From contig NC_085843.1 in NCBI RefSeq assembly GCF_035594765.1, positions 242,707,971 through 242,771,970 of the forward strand: DNA of 64,000 nucleotides, read 5' to 3'. The notes under the pieces are model-generated. The model saw only the letters and a list, made by a program, of their open reading frames with translations. It was not told the DNA's origin and ran no database searches. Numbering within the stretch: position 1 is the stretch's first letter; each line of letters opens with the position of its first letter. Below are positions 1 to 12,379 of this stretch, in pieces. A program made the translations under genes and the position numbers. This DNA is from Anolis carolinensis. Its lineage: Eukaryota.

Positions 1-290
1 AATGTTAACTATGATACCACTGCCATTGTTTTTATAGATCTTCTATCAGTGTCATCTCCTACCACCTAATAATCTGTTTAGCAGTCATGGCTTCTTAGCA
101 GAAGCCCATCTTCCATGGGAGACTATTAAATGCACTGCTACCATCAGTCTAACCTCTTGCCTTACAGGCACACACAATCCCATAATCTTGGAACAGTAGT
201 GGCATGGTGATAGTATGATATTACACCATATCACATGGAAGTACCATGTTACAGCAATTATAGTAGGCCCTAGATATAATATGAAGTCCA

Positions 291-941
291 CATGGACAAC
301 AAGTTGTACATGAGTCAACAATGTGATGCGGCAGCTAAAAAAGCCAATGGGATTTTGGCCTGCATCAATAGGAGTATAGCTCCTAGATCCAGGGAAGTCA
401 TGCTACCCCTCTATTCTGTCTTGGTCAGACCACACCTGGAATACTGTGTCCAATTCTGGGCACCACAGCTGAAGGGAGTTGTTGACAAGCTGGAAAGTGT
501 CCAGAGGAAGGCAACTAAAATGATTAAGGGTCTGGAGAACAAGCCCTATGAGGAGCAGCTTAAAGAGCTGGGCACCTTTAGCCTGCAGAAGAGAAGGATG
601 AGAGAAGACATGATAGTCATGTACAAATATGTGAGAGGAAGTCATAGGGAGGAGGGAGCAAGCTTGTATTCTGCTGCCCTGGAGACTAGGACATGGAACA
701 ATGGCTTCAAACTACAGGAAAGGAGATTCCACCTGAACATCAGGAAGAACTTCCTCACTGTGAGAGCTGTTCAGAAGTGGAACTCTCTGCCCTGGACTGT
801 TGTGGAGGCTCCTTCTTTGAAGGCTTTTAAGCAGAGGCTGGCCATCTGTCGGGGGTGTTCTGAATGCGATTACCTGCTTCTTGGGGTTGGACTGGACGGC
901 CCATGAGGTCTCTTCCAACTCTATTACTCTATGATTCGATT
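291..941 (+). mobile_element. CR1 LINE, 5'-truncated (ORF2 C-terminus plus 3' UTR)
   Basis: Translation EVMLPLYSVLVRPHLEYCVQFWAP...RRFHLNIRKNFLTVRAV and a CR1-type tail CTCTATGATTC. Confidence 0.92.
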
Positions 942-1226
942 GTCCAACCCATATGAGAGGGCACTCCCTGGTGCAGGCTGCCATGTGCCAACTACATACA
1001 CGTGGCACAAACAGCAGGGTGTCCCTAAATCCAGTATATTATTTTGCAACAAGTCCGTTCTTCAAAACCGAATGTGTGGATTGCTAAGGATAGACATTTC
1101 TGTGTGTATGTGTAGTGATTTAGCTAGAACCATGGTCAGAGAGTCTGTGCCCAGTGAGTGAAAGTGAAACCAGATAGGCTGGGACAGAACAAACTCACCA
1201 GGTTAAAGACAAGCCACAGAGGTTTA

Positions 1227-1883
1227 CAGTAGAACCCCGGTAGTCCGAGTTAAACGGGCGGACCTCAACTCGGTCAACCGGATAAGTCGGATTACCAGGC
1301 GGGACGCAGACTGGATCGGGAGGCGCTGCAAACGCCTCCCGATCCAGTCCTCGTCCCCATGGAGAGGCCTCCCCTCGGTTGGGAGCACCAGCGCAATGAA
1401 AAGGCTCTCCCTCCCTTTGGCGGAGGCCTGGAGCCAGGGAAGTGACTCCCGCTTCCCTGGCTCCAAGCCTTCGCCAAAGGAAGAAAGCCCCTTCATTCAG
1501 TGGGTGGGTGAACAGGGAGGGCCGCAAAAGCCCTCCCCGTTCCCCCACCCGCCCGCCCGCCCGTGCCTCGGCTCCCCGCCTCCAGGGCAGCAACACCGGT
1601 GCCGGGCGTGGCGAAGGAGTCGGACGTGCATGTTGCTAGGTAGATAGCAAGCTACCTAGCAACACGCATGGGGCGCTCGCCCCTTGGGATGTGCCCCCTG
1701 TGTGTTGCTAGGTAGCTTACTATCTACCTAGCAACACGCAGGGGCCACCTCCCAAGGGGCGAGCGCCCCGTGCATGTTGCTAGGTAGCTTGCTATCTACC
1801 TAGCAACACGCACGCCAGCGAGCACCTGCTTGGATTGCACGGAGGCTCGAACGAGCGGGGCTCGAACGAGCGGGGTTTTACTG
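1227..1883. mobile_element. GC-rich non-autonomous Tc1/mariner (Tigger-like) MITE with internal palindromes
   Basis: TA|CAGTAGAACCCCG ... CGGGGTTTTACTG|TA: 13-bp TIRs with one mismatch and a TA TSD. Confidence 0.8.
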
Positions 1884-1889
1884 TATTAC

Positions 1890-1958
1890 AATTTCCTGCT
1901 TCTTGGCAGGGAGTTGGACTGGATGGCCCTTGAGATCTCTTCCAACTCTGATTCTATG
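1890..1958 (+). mobile_element. CR1 3' terminal fragment
   Basis: Matches the CR1 tail at 870-935 (GGACTGGATGGCC...TCTTCCAACTCTGATTCTATGA). Confidence 0.8.
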
Positions 1959-3239
1959 AAAGGTGCAATTGTAACTGCCTCATACTTTAATAATTGCATC
2001 AGAACAAGGATTGCGTTAAAATTAAACACTACAAGAACTTTCATTCAACAAACAATTGTCATTGCTGTTACATATGCAATAGCAACTTTTACTTGCACCC
2101 AGTCCTTCGTACTCTCAACAGATGTTCTCTTTAGGGATTCTCCCAATCCACTCTCCACCGCTAGTAGATGGTATTCAAACTGCTGTTCAAAAGCAACTCA
2201 TTTCAGATGCAACAAGAACATCGGTTTTGTTTTTGATTCAAAGCCCATACCATTGTCAGGATCCTTGTGCTTCAAAAATTTGTGTACAGTTCTGGAGGAT
2301 CTTCTTTTCTAGACGGATTCCTAAGATACTATATTAACCTATGTGAACACGTCAGACATGCAAGTACAATTATGTCCAGTTGCACATAAGACATAATATA
2401 GATAGCTGCAACTAACAGTGGTTGTTTTCTGAATTAAGCAAACTAGGGCTTGATTCTGTGTAATACGTGAAATGTCCATTGCTGCTTTCACGCCACTTTT
2501 TACTTATAGTAACCTTAAGGAGAATCCATCAAACTTTTTTTTAGTAATATTTGTTCAGATGGAGTTTGCTCTTGCATTACTTGATAAGAGTGTCACTTGC
2601 CCAATGTTGCCCAGCTATGGTCAAGTGGGGACTTGAACCCTTGTCTCTCAGAGTCCTAGTCTACACTCAGACCGCTACACCACATTGGCTCTTGAAACAC
2701 ATAAGCCTGAGGAGCTACAGAGTTGGGCTGCTGAATTATGCATTTAGGGTGTCTTACATTATTATCATCTGTACATCTTTGAGAATTATTTCACTAAAAG
2801 ATAGGTATAAATTTTCTAATGAATACATACATACCTTAAAATGTATACTCACCAAATGTTATTCACTTGATGAGTGAATAACACTTCCAGATCTTCCAGA
2901 TATTCTTATACACACACATACTTCCAGATCTAGAACATAATATGTATGTATGTACCTATCTTCAGAATAAATAAACATTACCTATATAATCCTTCTGTGT
3001 TCTTTTTAAAAATCAACATTTTATCTTAATGTGCTATGTAAGCAAATGGTGACCAACCTATAGAACTGCAAAATCAAGGTTTTGACCTATCCAGAAATTT
3101 AGTTTGATATTAACTAGCCAATAGGAACATTGTAAAAAGTCTGTGTACTTATTTTAAACAGAAATTATGTCAAAGCTCATAACACAAACGATTCAATTCC
3201 ATTCATACTCTCAATTAATAAAAAATACTAGAAAGTACT

Positions 3240-6200
3240 ATTGTTTTGTTTGAGCAATTTATTTCATATTTTTACAGCTTGCAGTTGGTCTTAGGGTAAT
3301 AAGTTATAAGAGGCTTATATACAGAAACCTGTTCCCTATACCCCAAAGAATCATGGACTAATCGGCAAAATCAAAATGCTGTGCCATGTAGATGAGGAAA
3401 TAAGACATTCCTTTCAAATAGAAGTAAAGACTAAATGGAACTAAATAATTCCTTGGTGTAGGTTTCAGGACTAGTTCTCTCTACATAAAAAGTAGAGGTT
3501 ATTTAGCCCCGGCTGTGGAAAAGAGACAGATTAATCTAAGAAAAAATGTTTCTTTCCTTTTTTCAGATCATGCCATAGGATTTTATTGTAGTGATATATA
3601 TATTATATATACTGTATAGTTAAATATTATTTCTGGGAATCATAAATCTTTCCCAGTTCATTCACTACTTCTTAGTACCGTATGTTGAAAGGCATTGATT
3701 TGCTTTATTTTGACATTGTTTTAGAAAAAGACCAAGGATGAAAATGTTCTGTTGAGCAATATATAACACACAGAACAGATATTTTGAAACTTCAGCTCCA
3801 CACATGCAACCCTCAAATATCATTTTATTGTATCTGAGTGCAGAAGGAAACTGAAGTGAAGCTCTGATCACGTGTCCAGCCTGGACAGCTGAGAACATGC
3901 AAACTCTCTTAGCAAAGCTGCTCCTCCCATTTTCAGGACCTGTGAAGTAAGCTACTATTTCCATAATCTGATGCTACCACTATCAGTGCCATAAAATAAA
4001 TGTTTGTTGGCAGATGGATGATTCAGACCCTAAAACCAGCATTCAATTGTGATTTCCTTCTTCGGTCATGATAAGGATACAGCAGCAGTTTTTGAAAGAT
4101 GATTAAAGCTAGATCTGTCAATGTGACAAGATGGTAGTACAGATGACAAGTTCGTTTAAGCCTACATCAGGGATGAGCACTCTGCAGCCCATGAATTGTT
4201 TTCAGACCCCTCTCTGGTCTCGTACACTAAAGATTCAACTGCCATAATATTTCCTAGTTATTCTGTATGAACACAATTCATATGGGGAATGTGCACTTGT
4301 TTTCCAGCAAAATCAAACTTCCAATAGATCGTTGGGAGGGTAATTCTACTAGAAAACAAGTTGCATGTTCCTCACAGATTACATTTCCCAACAGGCTCAC
4401 TGAGTCTTTTGCAGTAGTATAAAGATCACTTAGTAGCAGCTCCTAGCAGTAGCAACAATGGCAGAGTGTGGCGTCCCCTATGAGTTCTGGGAAAGCCCTT
4501 CAATCCCAAGAAGTTGTACATTCTGCCATTTAATAAGAGAGTTAAGTCTGTTGGGAAGATCACAGCATAATCATTGTGACTACTATTTACTGAGGATCAG
4601 TGGCACTACCAAAGATTCTGGCTTTAAAAACTCCCATTTTAAAGCTTTCATTCAGTTAGAAGTGTACTCTCCAGCTGTAGTTTAAACAGCTACTGTGAAA
4701 AAATACAGACTGTTAAGCAGCACTCACGTATCTCAGCCAGCTTTCCATAGCTTCAGCTATGGAAATCACTGAGAGTTGCACTCTATTAGGCATTCTGATA
4801 CTTGTTGAAGGAGTTATCAGATACTTACAAGACTGTGTAGGAAAGAATGTAAACATCTTTTCTCCCAAAGCCACAATCCTTTACATAAATATTTGGGAGT
4901 AAGCCCCACTATACACAGTGGAAGTTGCTCCAAAAGAAATATGCACAGGATTGCCCTGAAAGTGTCTTCACTACTCACTGTTCAAATAAATATATTTATA
5001 AGGTAAAACAAAACAATACGTTAGTACCAAAAGCTGACATTTGAATGTACAAGAATAAGACATACAAGCTATACAGGATATTGGTGTCAGAGAATGACAG
5101 AGATATAAAATAAGACAAGGAAAAACTGCCTTGGGAAAAGGTAGTTGCTTCATCACCTTCAAGTCTTTCCTCTTTATACATTGGCCACATAAATACATCA
5201 CAATACAACTGAAGTCTGAAGAATCTTGGCTTACGGTGAATGAGTCAGTGTCCCCTAAAGCTCCTGTTTTTGTTGCTGACTCCTCCAGCAACTGAGAGCA
5301 AATGAGCATACTGAGGGTCGTATGTAGTTTATTTATCATAATGTACAAACTGTTTCTTCTCTAACACTCGAACAACAAACCATGACTTATGACTTGGATC
5401 GTCAAAGTGACGCAAACTAGAATTTTTGATTCACACATAACACTGAACAGTCACAATGTCCCTGGTTTGCTTATCACGGGAAGAAGTGGGCAGCAAACAT
5501 GTGGCTTGTACATGATAAGCAAGGTTCCCCTGGAACTTTGATTTATCATTTCGTGTGAACTGGCACATTACCTCCTCAGGAAACGTTTTCAGCCTCAAAA
5601 CTAAGTTTTAATACATGTGAAATAGTTCATCAGTCTGAAATGTGAGTGCAACTTAAATTTCAAATTATTTAAGCTAATGGTTTGAATCTTTTATAATAAT
5701 TTTTGTAAGAAATTACTCAGAAAATAATTTTCCTAAAATATCCTAATCAGACATTTTGGTACCAATTTGAAAACTTAATTTGTAAAAATGGACTTTCCCC
5801 TTATGTACATGAACACACTCTGTTCTAGCTATCAAATTTCAGCCATTTTACACCAGTCAAATCATCACAAGAGATGAACAACAAAACAGAAGAAGTGCAC
5901 TTATATATGTTATCCATTTCTTCAACAAAAGCTGATATTTGACATGTAGTGGGGTTTTTTTGTATTTAAGAAATTACGTCTCATTCAGAGCAAGAGCTAA
6001 CCTTAGTTTGGAAGGAATTTTTAAAGTGTTCTGTATAAACAGTCTTTAAAATACACATCAGTGTAGCTGCACAATGTATAGATCTGAAGAAGTGCAGTCC
6101 ATTGACCACACTCTGTAAATACATTTAAAATATATTAAATAAAACCTAACCTTTGGTAAAACACATCCGATCAAAGGCAGGAAGAAACAAATAGTTCTAA

Positions 6201-6592
6201 AATTGAAACCCTTTCCCACAACACACAATACTCACACATCTTGGGTATCTTCCTCAACTGTATCTATTAAACATTTCCTTAAATATGTACAGGATTCCAC
6301 ATTTCCACCTTGGCAACAAAATTTTATGCAACATGCATGTGGTTAACGGCCTTTCAACAACAAACTGCAACCCCCTGAGGAATTTTCTTGTCTGGCAGAA
6401 AAAGGAAATGCTTATGCACTCTTGTTCCATGCAGCTGGCCTTCTAGAACATAGGTTTTGGTTCTCCCGGATGTTTCTTGGACATACATCCATACATTTCA
6501 TTCATGTTTCCTTATTAACCATTGTACAAGCGTCCCTGTATCATCAACTTGATTTTCATGTCCCAGTTGTTCTTAAAAAACAAACAAGAATA
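3240..6592 (-). other. Probable long FBXO45 3' UTR with candidate poly(A) signal at 3263-3258
   Basis: About 3.3 kb of AT-rich, nearly TE-free sequence after the stop codon. Minus-strand AATAAA at 3263-3258 is followed by a U-rich tract. The end point is inferred. Confidence 0.45.
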
Positions 6593-8780
6593 TCATCCAT
6601 CTAAAGGTTTTCCCAAATAAACTAATGTCACTTCAGTGTTGCCATACACCGCAGACACTGCTGGATACAGGCATGTCTTTGGCAGTCCTCGGAATGCAAC
6701 TCCCAGGAACTCGTAGCCCCGCTCAAACGCCAACGTTTTGTCTTCCATATCCAGGATGACACGAATTCTCTCACCTATCTATAAGCAAAAACAGAAAAGA
6801 TTGAGGGGAAAGGAATGAGACAAAGATGGGCAATATTAAAACCAAAACATTTCCTAGGCTATTGTTTGAATTCAAAAGGTATTTTGCTTTTCAAAACTAT
6901 TCACACAAGGGGTTTGTGAAGGAAGTGCTGGACAGGTCTGGGACACCGTGAAGGTGAGTTTTGGACCCCCCTCGATTGATTGTCACCTTGATGTGGTGAG
7001 GGGGGGGGGGGGGGGGTTGCGTGTTCCAATGAACCTGCGGACACAACCACGGGAGTCACACACTCCCAGGAGTGGCCACAGGGGAGGATCCAGACCAAGA
7101 ACAATCCGAAGACCCAAAGATCTCAACGGCGGAGCAGGCGGAGGATAACATGGTACATGTTACAATGGCTGTGAAGACAGAAGAAGGCTGCAACAGACTG
7201 AGAAGCCACTCTCATTGTGTTAACCACACCACTGCTGGGACCTCAATCTGTGAAGACTGTGTGTTGACCGGCCGTGCACCGACCTCCACACTTTTAAAAA
7301 AAACAATGCACAGGCATCTTCCAAGAAATGGAGGACCATCATCCTCGAACTATGAGGGATCATCTAAGTAAGTAGGAGTTGTGGATGAGAAGAATGTAAC
7401 AAAAACAGAGGCTTTCTCTGAAAGAGCTAGACAAGTTCTGGAGTTGATACGGAGAGATTTGGGCTTTAAAAGAAACAGCTGAATAGGAACAAGATTGTTA
7501 GTAGGAAGAGAGTTTAGATTTTAGAGAGACAGAACAGTCTGTTGTAAGGGGGAACTGACACTGGTTTTGGAAGAGGCTTCAAAAATAAAATATTCAGTTT
7601 AATATGTTGCCATCCTGTGTTTGAAGAAACTTCAATTCGCTATTCTGCTTTTAAAACTATTTCTGGCTACCTCTATCAAGTCTGATAAAAAGTCAGACCA
7701 AGCCTACCATAACAAACCCATCACAGCCACACGTCCTTTTTTAAGGGGTCAGCCTGAGGCTCAGGAACCCAATCCAGAAAGGGATTAAGTGGGGGAACAA
7801 GGGCAAGGTGAACAGAAAGATTTAAGGGTTGGAAGTGTAGGGCCAGCCTGGGAAATTAACAGCATTATCTTTAACATCAGTCAGATCTCAGTCTTACGCA
7901 CATTACCTAGGAGTGTGTCCCACTAATCTCAGAGGGATGTTCCCAAGTAAACTTGCACATAGTTAAATCTGAAATAAAACATACTGGTCTACATCCAATT
8001 TGTAGTCTCAGTTAGACTAGACCCAATGAAACAATTACTGAACAGTTAAGTAAATACTGTATGCAAATCCTGTTGATTCAATGAGACAACTTCAATTAGA
8101 CTAACAACTGGATTGAAGTCATCATAACCAGCTAGGCAGGAATGATCAAAGACAGAAGTGTTCAGGACTCCAGCAAACATTTGGAAATAGTAAAACCCAC
8201 TCACCTGGTACTTTGGGGCATTGTTGCACTGGGGAAAGCTGCCGTTTACTTCACCATTGTGCAACAAGTTATTGTCCACCAAATTCCAGCCCCAGCTCTG
8301 GTCATCGCTGCCCAGTAGGGCCACATAGCCTTGGCACTGCATGGGAGCTCGCTTTGTTGCAATTCCAATTACTGCTACGGTGCCGAGAGGACCTTCCCAC
8401 CAGACTTCCCAGGCATGGCGGCCTTCGCTGAAGCCGATCTTGGTTCTGGCTCCATCTGTACTTTGGGCGATGGGATTCCGGTGCAAAGTAAACCCATTCT
8501 TCTTAATGTAGACATTCCTAGAACAATCATTGGTGCTGAAAGCATGCTGAAAGGCACGTACCTAATATTGGAGAGGAGGGATATGGAAAAAAGGTAAAGA
8601 ATTTGAAATAAGATTGTGAAACTATGCAAAGTCTGGTAATGATATTGATGCTTAAATTTATTCTCTTCATAGGTAGCATAATTATTTCCACATTTACATT
8701 GATATTTAATGGAATAAATAATGATACTATCTATGAAAGGAATAAACACTATATCTGTTTCCTTCCCAGTCTATTTAACA

Positions 8781-8820
<40 letters not shown>

Positions 8821-11800
8821 GGCAGCACTACATTTAAAACTAAAACCTAAGGCTAAAGATTCAAAGCACAATGAAGATAAAGGGGGAGAAAGAATAAAAG
8901 TTTCAACCTTGAAGAGTTCAAATTGATACAGAACATGAAGATAGGGGATTAATAATTTACCACCACCATCACAAAGAAGACATTAGGAAAATATTATCTT
9001 TTCCCCTAAAAACAAAAGCTCATTTTGTGTCAATCCATACTAGCCTAAACAAACGGAGGGTTATAAACAGCCCTCCCAAAAATGTGTTTGAAGTATCACA
9101 AAATTTGAAATACATATAAGAAGTCAAGTTAACTGAAACTGAAAATGTTATCAAAGGCTTTCATGGCCGGAATCACTGGGTTGTTGTGAGTTTTCCGGGC
9201 AGTATGGCCATGTTCCAGAAACATCCGGAGAGAATGCTTCTGGTACATGGCCATACAATTCAGAAAACTCACAACAACCCGATAAATAAAACCATCAACA
9301 CCAGGTCTACGTATAAAAAAATGTGAATGAGGGAAATTCAACATGTGAAAGAATACCAGAGGAAAGTAACAGATATGCACAACCACTGACTTCACAATTG
9401 GCAGAGTTGTATTGGTATCTCTGAGACAGTTCTGCCAAATGCCAAGCCCTTTCAGGGAAAAAACAAAAACAAAACAACAGAACATGTCCAGAACAAGCCA
9501 GAGCTCTTTCTCAAGCTTTCAGGGAAGGAGATGCCTCCAGGTAAGTGCAGTTTCGAATATGATTTCACTAACAATTGTTATAGTATATTTGATTCAAAAC
9601 AGTTATACTGTACTCTTCAGCCAAAGGAGCTCCCAAAGAGGCAATGGTGGTTTTTAAAAAGCATAACAGTCTTAGTACCCAGACTTATCATCTAAAAGAC
9701 TGCATACAAAAGGAGAAAAAGGAAAAATAGTGAGGCACCAATTCATAATGTTGTAAAATTCTTCCAGGTAAAATGGAAACAGCATAGTGAGGAGTCACTT
9801 GGGGATTACCTACATATACAAATACTGGTACTCCAAAACCTTAAAAAAGAAAAATCTTAAATCCAAATGCATCTGATCCCATGAATTTTGAAGAAAGGAT
9901 CTTCAGCCCGTACCTGCTAAAGTTTAGCCTCCCAAATCATACACATAACAGGCTCCTGGCCCAAAGCCAGCAGCTAGGTGGAGGTGCCACATCTACAGAA
10001 CCTGTGTTCAATGGGAGTTTCCACACAACTGACAAGTAGGCACACCAGCAAGGGCAAGAGACAAGCTGCACTTCATTGAAGTCACAGAACAAACCACAAA
10101 TATTATGTGGTAACTGCCATGGCATCATGGGATCTGCCATGGCATCATGGGGCCTGAGGCTGTTAGGAATTGTGGGAGTTGACGTCCAAAACACCTGGAA
10201 GGCCAAAATTTGCTCATGCCTGACCTAACCTGCCTTAGCAATGTGAACACACTAAGCTACAAACAATCACTGCTTAGAATAGATCCACTGAAATCAATAG
10301 GGCGCCTCACCAAACTACAACTCCCAGGATTCCATGAGTGCATCTCTACACTGTAACATTAATGGAGTTTGGCAGCTCTTGAACCGTCATGGCTCTAGGC
10401 TATGGAACGATGGGAGCTGTAGTTTGGCGAGGCACCAGCCCTCTTTGGCAGAGAAGGCTAAAGAACTCGTAAAACTACAACTCACAAATAAGCACTGAGC
10501 TACGGCAGTTCAAGTGGTGTCAAACTATATTTGTTCTCCAGTGCACATGAACCCAGAATTTTGGAATTTGTAGTTTTGTGAGGCACCAGCACATTTTGGC
10601 AGAGGATGCTAAAGACTTCATAAAAACACAACTCCCAAATAGCACTGAGCCATGACAGTTCAAGCTGTGTCCATTCATTCATTCCCAACTATGGATGTGT
10701 CTGCGGTAACTCCTTCCTTCCTTCCCTACTTCCTTTCTCTTCTTCCTTCCTTCCCTTCTCCATTCTTCCTTCCCTCCATTCTTCCTTTCCTTCCCTACAT
10801 CCTTTCCGCCTTCTTTTTCTTCCTTTTCCCTTTAGTTCCTTCCCTCTCCTCCTTCTTTTTCTACTACCTTCCCCTTCCTTTTCTTCCCTTCCCTACAGCC
10901 TTGTTTCCTTCCTTTCTTCTTTCCTCCTTCCATTCTTCCTTCTCTCCCTTCATCCTTTCTTCCTTCCTTCCCTTCCCTACATCTTTCCCTACATCCTTCC
11001 TTCCTTCCCTCATCCGATCCTTCCCTTCCTTTCTCCCTCCTTTGTTTCTTTCTTCATTTCTTTCCTTCCCTTTCCCCTCTCCCTCTTTCCCTTCTTTCCT
11101 TCCCTTCTTCCTTCTTCCCATTCTTCCTTTCTTCCCTCCCGCCTTCCTTTCTCCCTTCCCGTCTTCCTCCTTTCTTTCCCTTCCCTCATTCCTTCCTTCC
11201 TCTCCCTCTCCTTAATTCCTTCCCTTTCCTCCTTTTCCCCCTTTCCTTCTTTTTCCTCCTTCCATTTTTCCTTCCTTCCCTCCCTTTCCTTTCTTTCTTC
11301 CTTTTCTTCCTTCCTTCCTTCCTTTTCTCTCTTTAGTTCTTTCCCTCCTTCCTTCCCCTTTTTCTTCCTTCCTTTTCTCTCCCTCTCCCATCTCCCTCTT
11401 TCCCTTCCTTCCTCTTTTCCTTCCTTCTTTTTCTCTACATCCTTCCTTTTCCTCTTTCTCTTCCCTTCTTTCTTCCTTTCCTCCTTCCTTCCCTTTCCCC
11501 GTTCCCTCCTTCCTTTCGTCCTTCCTTTCCTCACTTCCTTTTCTCTCTTTAGTTCTTTCCCTCTTTCCTTCCTCTTTTCCTTCCTTTTCTTCTCTACATC
11601 CTTCCTTTCCCTCCACCATCTCCCTCTTTCCCTCCTTCCTTCCCTTCTTTCTTCCTTTCCTCCTTCCCTCTTTCCCCCTTCCCTTCTTCCTTCCTTTCCT
11701 CGCTTCCTTTTCTTTCCCTCTTTCCTTCCTCTTTTCCTTCATTCCTTTTCTTCTCTACATCCTTCCTTTCCCTCTCCCATCTCCCTCTTTCCCTCCTTCC

Positions 11801-12379
11801 CTCTTTCCCCCCTTCCCTTCTTCCTTCCTTTCCTCGCTTCCTTTTCTTTCTCTTTAGTTCTTTCCCCTCTTTCCTTCATTCCTTCCTTTTCTTCTCTATA
11901 TACTTCCTTTCCCTCCTCCATCTCCCTCTTTCCCTTCCCTCCTTCCTTCACTTCTTTCTTCCTCCCTTCCTTCTCCCCTTCCCTCTTTCCCTGGGCCTGA
12001 CCTTGCCCTTGTAGCTGGGCACATTGCAGAGGACGTCTGTGCGGAGCGCCTCCTCGGCCAGGCTCCGGGCGGCCAGGCTCCGCCAGACCTCGCTGTTCTC
12101 GTCTCCGTGGAGGACGCGGTGCCAGAGCTTGCAGACCAGGGCGCAGCTCCGCAGCTCCCGCAGCTCCAGGTAGGAGAAGACCAGCTCCAGCACGCGCCCG
12201 GGCAGGCGCCAGCCGGGCCCCGACGGAGCAGCACCAGACGCAGCAGCAGCAGCAGCAGCAACCGGGACCACGGAAGCGGAGCCGGAAGAAGGAGCTGCAG
12301 ACGCAGAAGCCGCCGCCACCGGCGCTGAACTCGGTCCCCCGCCGCCGCCGCCTCCAGCCGCCGCCGCCGCCGCCGCCAT
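6593..12379 (-). CDS. FBXO45: F-box/SPRY domain protein FBXO45; coding exons 12379-12002, 8561-8205, 6778-6593; 306 aa
   Basis: Exon 1 has an Ala/Gly-rich N-terminus plus F-box ([28 protein letters not shown]). Exons 2-3 encode the SPRY domain ([40 protein letters not shown]...YLGKPLDG*). GT-AG junctions at 12001/8562 and 8204/6779, all phase 0 (378+357+186 nt). Confidence 0.97.
7130..7375 (+). mobile_element. Degraded RTE-clade LINE 3' end
   Basis: Tail CTCGAACTATGAGGGATCATCTAAGTAAGTA resembles the RTE tail at 19038-19062. Confidence 0.5.
9146..9280. mobile_element. Penelope-like element terminus, folded back on itself
   Basis: GGCTTTCATGGCCGGAATCACTGGGTTGTTGTGAGTTTTCCGGG... resembles the recalled anole Penelope pseudo-LTR and is followed by its own reverse complement. 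Confidence 0.6.
10710..11992. repeat. About 1.28-kb CT-rich (polypyrimidine/polypurine) low-complexity tract
   Basis: Almost exclusively C/T on the plus strand, with reiterated blocks such as CTACATCCTTCCTTTCCCT and CTCTTTAGTTCTTTCCC. Confidence 0.97.

Noticed and set aside
1195-1647. Cluster of overlapping GC-rich ORFs suggesting a gene or CpG-island promoter
   Set aside because: They lie almost entirely within a TIR/TA-bounded MITE and resemble no known protein.
6915-7725. Solo LTR in FBXO45 intron 2 (TGTGA...TCACA, AATAAA ~7584, G-run ~7000)
   Set aside because: LTR-like composition but no TSD could be found and the boundaries are unsupported.
9146-9280. Hammerhead ribozyme in the Penelope fragment
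   Set aside because: The catalytic core CUGANGA...GAAA is absent from this truncated copy.
10652-11742. Long K/E/G/R-rich and F/L/P/S-rich ORFs
   Set aside because: Artefacts of the CT/GA tract, which lacks stop codons by composition.
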